The notes: a model not told the origin generated them from the letters alone. Shown: positions 38,185 through 51,140, counted from the first letter of the whole stretch. The stretch: DNA of 63,324 nt, filler included, from Octopus bimaculoides (GCF_001194135.2; 5 parts of 5 records of this genome joined end to end with filler, not necessarily neighbours in it); one strand, 5' to 3'. Numbers and translations: made by a program.

Positions 38185-39165
38185 TGAGTGAGAGGTAGAG
38201 GGAGTGAGAGGTAGAGGAGTGAGAGGTAGAGGGAGTGAGCGGTAGAGGGAGTGAGAGGTAGAGGGAGTGAGAGGTAGAGGGAGTGAGAGGTAGAGGGTGT
38301 GAGAGGTAGAGGGTGTGAGAGGTAGAGGCAGTGAGAGGTAGAGGCAGTGAGAGGTAGAGGGAGTGAGAGGTAGAGGCAGTNNNNNNNNNNNNNNNNNNNN
38401 NNNNNNNNNNNNNNNNNNNNNNNNNNNNNNNNNNNNNNNNNNNNNNNNNNNNNNNNNNNNNNNNNNNNNNNNNNNNNNNNNNNNNNNNNNNNNNNNNNNN
38501 NNNNNNNNNNNNNNNNNNNNNNNNNNNNNNNNNNNNNNNNNNNNNNNNNNNNNNNNNNNNNNNNNNNNNNNNNNNNNNNNNNNNNNNNNNNNNNNNNNNN
38601 NNNNNNNNNNNNNNNNNNNNNNNNNNNNNNNNNNNNNNNNNNNNNNNNNNNNNNNNNNNNNNNNNNNNNNNNNNNNNNNNNNNNNNNNNNNNNNNNNNNN
38701 NNNNNNNNNNNNNNNNNNNNNNNNNNNNNNNNNNNNNNNNNNNNNNNNNNNNNNNNNNNNNNNNNNNNNNNNNNNNNNNNNNNNNNNNNNNNNNNNNNNN
38801 NNNNNNNNNNNNNNNNNNNNNNNNNNNNNNNNNNNNNNNNNNNNNNNNNNNNNNNNNNNNNNNNNNNNNNNNNNNNNNNNNNNNNNNNNNNNNNNNNNNN
38901 NNNNNNNNNNNNNNNNNNNNNNNNNNNNNNNNNNNNNNNNNNNNNNNNNNNNNNNNNNNNNNNNNNNNNNNNNNNNNNNNNNNNNNNNNNNNNNNNNNNN
39001 NNNNNNNNNNNNNNGAGAGGTAGAGGGAGTGAATGGTAGAGGGAGTGAGAGGTAGAGGGAGTGAGAGGTAGAGGGTGTGAGAGGTAGAGGGAGTGAGAGG
39101 TAGAGGGAGTGAGAGGTAGAGGGAGTGAGAGGTAGAGGGAGTGAGAGGTAGAGGGAGTGAGAGTT
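38185..39165. repeat. 16-bp minisatellite (GAGAGGTAGAGGGAGT)n spanning a gap
   Basis: Tandem units with GGGA/GGCA/GGGT variants on both sides of the N run. Confidence 0.9.
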
Positions 39166-39523
39166 AGAAAAGAAAAGCGAGGATGGAGGCCGCAGAGAGA
39201 AACACATACTAACTCTCACGCACACACACATCCATTTTCATACATACATACATAATATATACATACATACATAAATACATACATACGTACATACATACAT
39301 ACACACAAAAAGATATACATAGATAGAAAGAGAGTTAGAGTGAGAAATAGCGGGGAAAGAAGAGACATCTAGGAACTGAAAGCGAGAAAAGTCACTAGAG
39401 AAATACATAGAGAGAGACGTTGTTATTTTGATGGTTAGTTAGACAGAGAATTAAAGTGAGAGAGAGAGAGAGAAGAGTGAGTTGGAAAGGGAAAGCAAGA
39501 ATGAAAGATTGAGAAGTAACCAC

Positions 39524-39593
<70 letters not shown>

Positions 39594-39665
39594 ATACAAA
39601 CTATCCGTGTGTATGCATATGCGTCTATAGATTCGTATGCATGTATGTATATCTATCTATCTATC

Positions 39666-39746
<81 letters not shown>

Positions 39747-39847
39747 GNNNNNNNNNNNNNNNNNNNNNNNNNNNNNNNNNNNNNNNNNNNNTTAATTAAT
39801 TAANNNNNNNNNNNNNNNNNNNNNNNNNNNNNNNNNNNNNNNNNNNN

Positions 39848-39884
<37 letters not shown>

Positions 39885-40938
39885 GGGAGCATTGTGGTTT
39901 AAATTCCCTTTAAACTTACTTTTTTCCAGGCTGCAACGTGTGTGCTATCACTAGCAGTTAGAGCGACCACATAAAGACTACCGTCTTATCTCGCACCTAA
40001 TGACGTAAACATCAGTGATGACGTCGATGGATCAACACTTCAATTTCTTGTTTGAGTCAACTTAATTTCCAGAGAAGCCATAAAATAAAATTTTAAAAAC
40101 AAATTATCTACATCATTTATCGTTTGATACTATTGCATGCAATGGTATATTTTGATAGCGTTGCGTTGGTTGAATCAAATGTCCTATACTTGTTTACTGT
40201 GCTTTCTTATCTAGACCAGAAACCCTGACCAGTGCGTTTCTCTGTGTTCATAGTTTATCGCTTGGCAAACTTGTCATCAACAAAGGATAGCATTCTTCTG
40301 CATCAGCAACAAGAGTAATAGCCATCACAACAGCAACCACAACGGCAACAGCAGTAACGAAGCTAACAACAATTTTCTTTATTTGATTCAGGAGTTTCAG
40401 CTTTCAGTGAATCGTAAATATTTCGTGATTGCTAAACTATGCTGTGAACAAATTTACAGTGCACAGTAAGTGGTGTGTCTAATTCCTGACGAGAAACTTC
40501 GCCAAATGAAAGCGATTCTCACCTCATACAATACAAGGCATACGTTTGTAAATGTCTCGGGCATTTTATTTTATTTTTTTTCCGAGACAGTAATTTTTTA
40601 ACTGCTATTTGATGTCAGAAGTTACTTAAAGACTGTGTCCTTGTAATAAATGAAAAGAGACTTGCTCTAGATGTGTATACAGTGTAACCTACTTATAGCT
40701 GATGAAAATTAATAGCAAAACCTATTCCTTTTTTTTATATGTCTTTTGCAAGCTTTTTCTCAACCGTTCCGTGTTCAAGAGTAACATGAATACATGGATT
40801 TAGGAAAATCATTTCTTGTAGAAAACAAGATATTTAAAGCAGATAAACTGTATAAAATAGATATACAAAATTAATTATAAATGCAAGCGTAATGACTTTC
40901 AACATACATACATAGATCATTATCATCATAATCATCAC

Positions 40939-41007
<69 letters not shown>

Positions 41008-41224
41008 CATCGTTGTTAAACAGTAATTTCGTCCAAAAATGTTGAAATGTAAATTCAGTACTTCATTTCATATTCATTTCGTAGAGTAGAATCGCAACGT
41101 GTCGAGTGAATAGTGCCGAGAAGTCTGTTCTTCATAACCTGCAAATGATAAAATCCCAAAAAGTCAACGAATGTTTTATTAGCTTAGTGTTGGAAATTCA
41201 ATTCCCGCCGTTTGTTGCTTTTTT

Positions 41225-41420
41225 GCAAAGGAGAGGGTTCCTTACCCATTCTGCACAACAGAACAATTAAACAAAAGATTCGATGGGCACAGATATGACG
41301 TCAGGTACAATAACAGTAGATCGATAGAACTTGCCGAACATTTTGCATCAAACGGCTGCAATTTTGAAAAAGATACGAAAATGCATATTCTCAGAAAATA
41401 TTCTGAATCAGCTACACTGA
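41225..41420 (+). mobile_element. PLE GIY-YIG endonuclease fragment
   Basis: EQLNKRFDGHRYDVRYNNSRSIELAEHFASNGCNFEKDTKMHIL matches LxxRxxxHR...VAxHF. Confidence 0.65.
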
Positions 41421-42034
41421 TGTTTTTTGTATATAATATACATGTTATTAAAATGGATGAAGGGATGATTATTGAATGGTTATTATTTTGATATTATGAT
41501 ATTTTTAATAATTTTTCTATCTTTATATAATAAGTATTTCATATTAATTCATTTGGTACTTATTGTTGGTTGAAATATATATATATCTAATTATTGTTCT
41601 ACTTACGATCTGACGAGTAGCTATATTTTTGAATAGAATTTATTTTCGATAATTTCAATTGATTTTAATCGATTTAAATTTCTTTTCTATTTGAAAATTA
41701 GTTATGAAACACGTGTAATTTGTTTATTATATTTATCTTATGATATTTACTTTACTNNNNNNNNNNNNNNNNNNNNNNNNNNNNNNNNNNNNNNNNNNNN
41801 NNNNNNNNNNNNNNNNNNNNNNNNNNNNNNNNNNNNNNNNNNNNNNNNNNNNNNNNNNNNNNNNNNNNNNNNNNNNNNNNNNNNNNNNNNNNNNNNNNNN
41901 NNNNNNNNNNNNNNNNNNNNNNNNNNNNNNNNNNNNNNNNNNNNNNNNNNNNNNNNNNNNNNNNNNNNNNNNNNNNNNNNNNNNNNNNNNNNNNNNNNNN
42001 NNNNNNNNNNNTATATATATATATATGGAATGAT

Positions 42035-43060
42035 GTGAATAAATTCAAACTTGTTACCAGTTCAAATATGCTGGGACATATTCGAATCCGCAAGAAAGCC
42101 GTTCACTGTATTATGTCATGGAGAAACTTCCTCGTTGTAGACAAATAGGTGTAAACTAACCAAGTTATTCTGAAACTCCTCTAACCAGACTAATGGATGC
42201 ATGCATTAGTGGTTATCTCCTCGCAGCATCATATACCAGAAATAGAAACGCTATGAACTGACAAGAGATGGATATCTCCTATATTGCCGTCATTGTACTA
42301 TGACTGGTTGCGCTGATTGGGGGCTCGCAGTAAATAAAATATGGAATGGAAGCGCTAAGCATTGATATGTATAAATACAAACTTGATACTAGTTCAAATA
42401 TGCTCGGGGCACATTCGTACCCAGCCATTCCGGAAAGTTGGAGCGCAATAAGATTTATCAAGGTTGTGTAAGCAATGATCATAGATATCGTTTACCATAT
42501 ATTGGTGAGGAAGCATTCTTTCAAATTTTTGCAGAAGGATTTGATCATATGTCAACATCTCGAAATGTGTTCGTTATTTAGATGTAAGATTGGTATGGGA
42601 TCACGGATGATGTAGAGCTTCTCCATGAAGCAGAAGTCACATGACTTTAATTCTTTCTTCTGTGCTTGTGCCTTATTTAACAGTTCCTATAAGATTTTAT
42701 GCATTTGTGCCCCTTCTATGATGCTGTTTTGTTGAACAATTTATGACAGTTGTGTCTGTCTGGGAAATATTTTGCAACTCATGTTTCTGCACCAATGTTC
42801 TATGTCGGTCAAGTACTCAGTTCGGTTAAAGGTGACTATCCTTTCGCTGATGTTCATTGGAACCTGCTTGATTACGTTCGGACAGTTGACAGGACGCAAA
42901 TGTAATACGAGTTGTTCTTTGGTTTTTCAAATAACACAAACGATTTTGCGTTCAGTTTAAGCGTAACATCGAAGACCTTAAAAATTGTAATATTTGCTCT
43001 GCCATCTAAAAGCCAAGTTTGTTAAATATTGTAATCATTCGTCCCCTAAGAGTGTCATAT
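42035..43060 (-). mobile_element. PLE remnant (thumb + GIY-YIG C-terminus + duplicated 3' segment)
   Basis: DVTLKLNAKSFVLFEKPKNNSYYI and ELLNKAQAQKKELKSCDFCFMEKLYII..LNNEHISRC*HMIK. A segment of about 50 bp recurs at 42041 and 42372. Confidence 0.65.
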
Positions 43061-43202
43061 TTGTGTCCTTTCTTGTAAATTTATACACATATATCTACCC
43101 CCTTTTTCTTTCTTTCTTTTTCTTTCTCATATACATGTGTATATGTGTGTATTTGTGTGTATGAAAAATGTAGACAGACAGACAGATGGGTAGGTAAGCG
43201 GG

Positions 43203-43241
<39 letters not shown>

Positions 43242-43492
43242 GAAGGGAAGAAGGAAAGGAGGGCTATGAGAAACAGAGAAGAACGGGGAGACGTGATTAA
43301 GCAAAACGAAAACTTGTTTTCTAAGACTATGACTCATCTTTCATTCGACCTTCACAAGAAAAGGAATATGCAAGGTTGCTTAAATACAATTAGTGCTATT
43401 GCGTGGTTGTACGTGACCATAACGTAAGTATGTATTCGCAGTTATATAAACGTACACACGCAAACACACACACGTACACGTACACACACACA

Positions 43493-43542
<50 letters not shown>

Positions 43543-43636
43543 GACAGATAGATAGATAGACAGACAGACGGATAGATAGATAGATAGATACACACACACA
43601 AACTTATGTATGTGTGTATGTATGTATGTATGTGTG

Positions 43637-43683
<47 letters not shown>

Positions 43684-44132
43684 GTATCTATGTATGCATG
43701 TATATAGTATATTACAGGCTTCACATAGTTTCTGTCTAACAAATTCATTCATGTGACGTTGGTCGGCCTGAGGCCATAGTAGAAGGTACTGTGCAGAGAA
43801 ACTGATCCTGAAACCACGTGGTTTCGACATCAGTCCCTCTGCGCGGCACCTGGTATTGTTCAGAGAACAACGCTGGCCACCAGAGGATTTAAATCTATTG
43901 GTAAAATTTCAACTAGATGAGTTGAGACATATGCGGCAGACCATCACTTCCCACATTCTAAAAATTTAGCCGATTCACAACACTGAACTGGCACTTCATT
44001 TATCGACTCCGAAAGAATTAAAAATAAAGTTAAATCGACGGAATTCGAGCTCGGACGCAGAGACCTGGAACAAATAACGCAGATCATCTTCCGTTTTAGC
44101 GGCTCTATGCATATGTGTCTATACATATATAT

Positions 44133-44197
<65 letters not shown>

Positions 44198-44280
44198 AAT
44201 TAGCAAAATAGATGACAAAACAAGTAGAATAAGTTTCAACAAAGATGTTTTTATTTTAAAGCTTAAACGGAAGGGAAAGA

Positions 44281-44320
44281 CTCTTTGACGTTTCGGATGC
44301 TACTCCTTCATCAGAAACAG
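44281..44320 (-). ncRNA. Minimal type-I hammerhead ribozyme, intact core, GUC site
   Basis: CUGUUU-CUGAUGA-A-GGA guagca UCC-GAAA-CG-UC-AAAGAG. Stem I pairs at 5 of 6 positions. Preceded by a CT-rich tract and followed by AATAAA. Confidence 0.7.
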
Positions 44321-44964
44321 AAGAAATTGAGAAAAACAGGATGAAAACTGGTGAGAATAAAAATAAAAGGTTTAGGGGTCAGGTGGTCCTATGGAGAGGA
44401 ATTAGGAAGAACGGAGGAGGGTAGTGTGTGCATGTATAAATGGGTATAGAGGTGGGTATAGGAAAAGGAGTGTGTGTGTGTGGGTATGGTGTAAAGTGCA
44501 TGTGATTTCTTGAGGAGCTGGAGGTGTATGGAGGAGTGCAAGTATGAGAGGTTAGTGGTGTGAGTTAGTGGGTTGTGGGAGGACAGTGTGTAGTGTGATC
44601 GTATTGTAAGTAAGAGGAAGGTATGAAGGAATATATACATTGTTTAAATTACATAAGATGGCGGCGCTTACAAAGCAAGTCGTACTTTCTTTTCTTTAGA
44701 ATTCGTCATACACATGTGTGCATGTATTATATTATAAGCAGTGACAACGAAGCTTTGTCGTATATGTAGTGTATTGAAACTAACTAGTTTGAATAAACCA
44801 CAAAACCGTTGAAACTTCGAAGGCACTGTGATATGATAAATGTTAGACCCAGCACTTTCTAGAATTTTTATTCAGTCATCGTTCTTTGTATGCATATAAA
44901 ACGTGTGTGTATGTTTGTGTGTAATTAGTGTATGTTTGTGTGTAATTAGTGCATGTGTGTTTAG

Positions 44965-45040
<76 letters not shown>

Positions 45041-45448
45041 CGCATGTTGTCATACAAATTTCACATAAAATTATGCAAAGCGTAATTTAAGTCTTTATGC
45101 GTGAATAATGGCGAAGTTATATGGCCTCTTTAACACTATTCGCTTAAAGTTCTAGGAGTGGTTGTTGGCAATGAAAAGCACAGAATATCCAATACCAGAA
45201 GGTGAGCACTCTACAGCTGTGTAGATTAATTGTTCATGTTTTGACAATCTCTATTTTGTATGTGTGTATGTGTTTATGTGCCAGTGCATATGTTTCTGCG
45301 TGAGTGTGTATGCGCACGGGTATTTTTCTGTGCTACTTTTCTTTATTCTCTTTTGTTCAATACGATTTTGTGTGATGTGAATATTAAATCTTTTGGTTAC
45401 TATACTCATAAATCAGAAAACCACATGACATTTTTTTCATTCTCTAAG

Positions 45449-45616
45449 GCTTTGTGGAGATAGAGACCAAGTCGTGACGATCTAGAAATATAGCGTTAAT
45501 ATTGGTGCAGGTGTCGGCCATACGGTATTTAAATTTGGGCATCAAGAACCCAAGAATCTGATATCCGCAGCAGAATTTTTGAATAACTGTCTCTCGAGAT
45601 TTCCCAATGACCCATG
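45449..45616 (+). other. Candidate 168-nt symmetric exon with one in-frame TAG
   Basis: Acceptor tttttttcattctctaAG and donor CATG|GTAAGG. Frame reads LCGDRDQVVTI*KYSVNIGAGVGHTVFKFGHQEPKNLISAAEFLNNCLSRFPNDP. Confidence 0.3.
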
Positions 45617-45853
45617 GTAAGGAAAAAGGGCACATGTTTTTCCTTATTTTTTTCTTTCTTGTAATTGTGTGTTTAATACAACGGAATTTACAATTACACA
45701 CGCGCACACATACACACACACATATATGAAAGTAAAGCAATACGATATACATATATATATATATAATCATATATGCATATATAAATACGATATAAAATAT
45801 ATATATATATAATATGATATATACATACAGAGAGAGAGAGAGAGCGATAGAGC

Positions 45854-45932
<79 letters not shown>

Positions 45933-45995
45933 GAGCATATAACAACATGGCAGTCGACGCTCAAGATCTTTAGTGAGACAACTTTATCTATCAAA

Positions 45996-46095
45996 GTACC
46001 TGATGAGTCCCAGACTGCAAAATCATGCAATACAAGTTGAACGCAGTCCCACGCATAGATGACAATAGCAGGATGGGTCGAAACGAACGTTGTAC
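45996..46095 (+). ncRNA. Type-I hammerhead with a large structured loop II
   Basis: GUAC-CUGAUGA-GUCCCA-[61 nt including a GACUGC/GCAGUC helix]-UGGGUC-GAAA-CGAACG-UU-GUAC, followed by AATAAA. Confidence 0.6.
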
Positions 46096-46289
46096 AGAAT
46101 AAAGTTTGATATCAAACCCATCTTTTCGTTACTTAATTGATATAATTACCCTAACTGACACTGCGGAGTTCCTGAAGTAGATCCAACGGAAGTATACCAC
46201 GACTGTAGATGACAACAAGTAACCTAAACTGAGCCGGTGCTCTACTCAACACTTAAACACACTAATCAACTTATAACCATTAGTTGAAA

Positions 46290-46885
46290 ATATTAATTAT
46301 ATATACATTAAAACAACCTAGACCCCACACTCACACATATAACATTAAGTCAAAAGCTAAAACAGCTAAGAACAACGGGCCATGCTACCCCGCTCCATTT
46401 TCCAAATATATAGATAGCACTACCTCTAAGCACTCCCAAAACAGTGGCCGACACTCTATTCTATGGTATACACCCCTCTTTTCACTAAACGTTAAGAACT
46501 TAGCTAAATCCTTCTTTAATATATTAGACTCCAACTTCTCTTCTCAACATAAATATTACTCTATTTTTAATAGATCTACTCCGAAGCTATCTTATTCCAC
46601 CCCACCTAACTTCGAGTCTATCAAAGCACCTTCTAATAAACAAAAGCTTTCTCTCTACTATCGAACCTCACACTGTAACAACTCTGAATACATGAGCGCC
46701 CAACATATACACAGCTCCAACATATACACAGCTCCAACATTGAACCCCAAACGTTAGACCACAACTAAAACCCATCTTACTAACACTATCTTAAACCTAT
46801 CTTACTAACACTATCCAGAATACTATCACAACTTTCACTACCGTTACAGATAGAATAATTAACAACAACAATAGCAATAATAATG

Positions 46886-46947
<62 letters not shown>

Positions 46948-47143
46948 AATAACTTGGACCTTTCTACCCCCATCCCTAACCTCCCCTTGGACAGTATTAC
47001 CTCTTCCATTCCTGAAAATAATCCCCAAAATACACCCACTTGTAACTGCCGTTCTGCGTCCAGCTGCCCTCTACAAACGCATTGTAGAAGAACTAATATA
47101 ATTTATAAATGCACCGTCCTCAACACATTACACAATTCTGCAG

Positions 47144-47190
<47 letters not shown>

Positions 47191-47400
47191 CAACTATAAA
47201 TTTTCAACAGCGATATGCCGCTTATCTCAATTCTTTTAGATACGAGAAACACAGTAAATCCACGACACTAGCCAGTCACATACATCATCTCAAAAAGAGA
47301 AATATTCTTTACATTTTTTTCATGGTCCATAACAGATTCAGGGCTTCCGTACCAAGGTCAACGCTTAGCCTGTAAGTTATGCCTAAAAGAGGCATTCAAC
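46290..47400 (+). mobile_element. Penelope-like element 3' region (thumb linker + GIY-YIG)
   Basis: ILWYTPLFSLNVKNLAKSFFNILDSNF..IFNRSTPKLSYS; TCNCRSASSCPLQTHCRRTNIIYKCTV; FQQRYAAYLNSFRYEKHSKSTTLASHIHHLK. Confidence 0.85.
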
Positions 47401-48998
47401 ATACCAAAACACAACTCCTCGACACTACTAAATAAATATAATGAAGCCCTAGGTACATGCAACCACCGCTTTTTTCTTACCTTCAAATTTTACTACAAAT
47501 CTAAATGCAACCTAAATAACCACATAGCATATATCCACAACATCACTTAGGTAATCCCCCAAAGCCCTACTTAACTTTCCCTTATCTCCATGTTAATTTT
47601 CAATCTTTAATTTTTTAACTCCCCTATCTTACTTTAAGGATCTCAATAATTTAATACTACATATATGGACATACAAGCGGAGACGTGTGTGTGTGTGTAA
47701 ATGTGTGTGCATGTATTTTTATGCATGTATGTATATGTATGCGGGTATATGTATGTATGTATGTATGTATATATANNNNNNNNNNNNNNNNNNNNNNNNN
47801 NNNNNNNNNNNNNATATATGTACGTGTGTGTGTATGTATATTTACGTACGTATGCATATACAAATATATATGAGTGTGTGTGTATGTGCATATAAGTATA
47901 CATAAGTACCTGTATACGCGCGTGCGTGTAACTATGTGTAAGCGCGAGTGCGCCTGCACGTGTGTGTGTGTGTGTGTGCGCGCATGCACGTATATGTATG
48001 CGCACGCATATGCATGTATGACTGCTTACTGGATGCGTGCGAACATGCACGTGTATGTGTATATGTATATGTGTGTGCGTATGTATATAGACGTATATAT
48101 AAGTATGTAGTGTGTATATGTATGCATATGCGCACATGTATACGTACGAAGGTGCGAGCCTACGTATATCATTATACCTTTTTTGCTCCTCTCTGATTCC
48201 TACCTGATTCCTACCTATCCCACAAACCTATCCCATAGTCTTTTTATAGAAATTTTGACATCCTTGTATTCTTCCGGCTACTTTAAATTTTACTCCTAAA
48301 ACTATTACTTACTTTGGTCTCACCCCATCCATATCTTTTCTCTACCCATCCCTTAATACAGCCCTATCATATCACATACCTCATACTTATTCACTCCTTA
48401 CCTTTTCATCTCTTCCTATCAACCCCTCCCCCACGGCTCTCCCATCCTCCCACTCACATTATCTTGACCACCAACACTCCTTTTCTCACCTCTGTCGCCC
48501 TTTCTTCATTCTTTTTTTTCCTTCACTCTTTTAATTTTTTTCTCCTTCCTTTCTCTCTCTTTGTATTATCATTAATCTTTTACTCTTTTTTCCTTTTTCT
48601 CTGTTTTATCCTCTCATTTTCTCCTTTCTCTCTTCATTTTGACCTATCTCCTCATTCTAATCATACACGTCTCCCCCCACCCCTTCTATCCACAAATACT
48701 TCCAATACATTCTCAAATTTTCATTCACACCACAAAACTCCTTCGAATGGGTAACTCAGAATCCACAGCTCCAAACTTTGAAATGACTAAACATGAACTA
48801 CTATTGGAACTTACATACCATGTACAGAAAACTTTTTTACCACTTCTATACACCACTTTACTCGAATAATGGAACTGCAACTACAACATTTTTGGATGTC
48901 ATTTCTACTTTCATTCTTTTATTTCCCTCCATTTTCTCTATCTCCTCCTTTCCATAATAATTCCGTATTTCGAACTGAAACATTTATCTCTCTCACAT

Positions 48999-49047
48999 CG
49001 TCTCTGATGAAGGGATATCCATAATATCCCAGAAACAGCTGTAGGAC
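48999..49047 (+). ncRNA. Type-I hammerhead with an 8-nt palindromic stem III
   Basis: CGUCU-CUGAUGA-A-GGGAUAU ccaua AUAUCCC-a-GAAA-CAGCUG-UA-GGAC. 7-bp stem II, ACAGCUGU palindrome, one extra A before GAAA. Confidence 0.6.
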
Positions 49048-49112
49048 TATATCTCTTTCCTTATAAACGTCCTGAAAACTCCTCATAGCTTTGGCTTTGT
49101 TATCTGTTTTTG

Positions 49113-49150
<38 letters not shown>

Positions 49151-49346
49151 NNNNNNNNNNNNNNNNNNNNNNNNNNNNNNNNNNNNNNNNNNNNTTAATT
49201 AATTAANNNNNNNNNNNNNNNNNNNNNNNNNNNNNNNNNNNNNNNNNNNNATATATATATATAGGGGGGGAGAGAGAAAGATTAATGCAAAATAGGGCTT
49301 TATAGAACTGTACAGTAAGAAACAAAAATTAGTGATAAAAGGAATT

Positions 49347-49387
<41 letters not shown>

Positions 49388-49449
49388 CATCATCATTGTC
49401 CTCATCATCGTCATTGTCACCACCACCACCACCACCACCATCACCATTG

Positions 49450-49644
49450 AGATGTGAGGAATTATGTACATTATTTATATTATTTACATTTAACAGATAT
49501 TTGTCCCCATCTTGTTTGTTGTTAACACAGCACATCGACTGATGGACTCTCCAGCCTTCATGAGGTGTCCCGGGGGAATTTCGAACCTGGGTTCTCATTC
49601 CTAAGGTATTTTCCCAATGTTATTATTATTATTATTATTATTAC

Positions 49645-49698
<54 letters not shown>

Positions 49699-49770
49699 TC
49701 AAGTCACTGCCTGGAATTGAACTTGGAATCTTAGGGTTAGTAGCCCATGCCCTTAACCACTACACTATAT
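49450..49770 (-). mobile_element. Family C element, hammerhead core mutated
   Basis: Same layout as 30152-30441, but the core reads CUCAUGA...GAUG. Confidence 0.75.
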
Positions 49771-49879
49771 CATCATCATCATCATCATCGTCTAGCATCT
49801 GCCTTCCGTGCTAGCATGTGTGGAATGGCTTCACAAGAGCCGGCCAGACAGAAGCCTGCGCCAGACTTCTGTAACTGTT

Positions 49880-51140
49880 TTGGCAGGACTTTTATGGCTG
49901 GGTATATATGTATATATTTGTGTGTGTTTGTGTCACCATCATTTGACAACGGATGTTAGTGTGTTTATGTCCCCGTAACTTAGCAGTTCAGCAAAAAAGA
50001 CCAATAGAATAAGTACTAGCCTTACAAAGAACAAGTCCTGAGGTCGATTTGTTCAACTAAAACCCCTAATGGCGATGCTCCAGCACGGCCGCAGTCAAAT
50101 GACTGAAACAAGTAAAAGAGTAAAGAGAGAGTAAAGAGTACTATAGTATCAAAAAAAAAAATGGATATAGTTCATGACTAGAAATTAGTCTCTCGAAGAC
50201 TATTTTGCTATTTTGCTAAAGCAGAAACAAAAGAAAACATGAGATTGTTTAATAAAGGTAAAAAAAAAAAAAATTATAAAACAGGAAATAATGTGATAAG
50301 AGGAAATCTTTAGTAACGTATATTAGAAACAAGCAGCATTTTATTATTGAAAAAATTTCAGATGCATGATGAGAAATGGTACATTATTAAAATATACATG
50401 ATAGAAATTAAAGCATTAGCTAAGAAATATTTCATTGAAAGATCTTTAATTAGATAGTTAGGTGAAGTTTGGCTTTGCAATAAATGTGGTTTTGGTCTTC
50501 GGTGGGGGGGGGTTGATTTTTCTATGTGGCCCTTTGAGCAAGTGTGTTCTATTTTACCATCATCAAGTGGGCTAATGTGTTGTGTCCTAATTTGTGGTGT
50601 CTTCGGTAAATGTCTTCTGTTATGGCCCCAGGGTGAGTGAATTTGGTAGATCGAAATTGAAAGAAGCTTGTCGTATGTGTGTGTGTGTATGTATGTGTTT
50701 ATGTGTGTGCATGTATGTATGTGCCTTTGTGTGAGCATGTGTGTATGTGTTTATGCATGTGCATGTGTGTATGTATGTGCCTTTGTATGTGTGTATGTGT
50801 GTGTATCTGTGTGCGTGTGTCTTTGTGTGTGAGTGTATCTTTGTGTGCGTGTGTGTGTGAATGTGTGTGCATGTGTTTTTGTGCGTATGTGTGTATGTGC
50901 TTGTACCTTTGTGTGTGTCTTTGTGTTTGCATTCGTCCCCCAGACATAGAAATACACACACACACACACACACACACATACAACAGGCTTCTTTCAGTTT
51001 CCTTCTACCAAATCCGCTCACAAGGCTTTGGTCGGCCCGAGGCTATAGTAGAAGACACTTGCTCAAGGTGCCATGCAGTGGAACTGAACCCAGAACCATG
51101 TGGCTGGGAAGCAAGCTTCTTACCACAAGGCCACTCCTGC
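49880..51140. mobile_element. SINE family B pieces: 3' half on + (49880-50140) and 5' half on - (50985-51140)
   Basis: Match to family B consensus. Confidence 0.7.
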
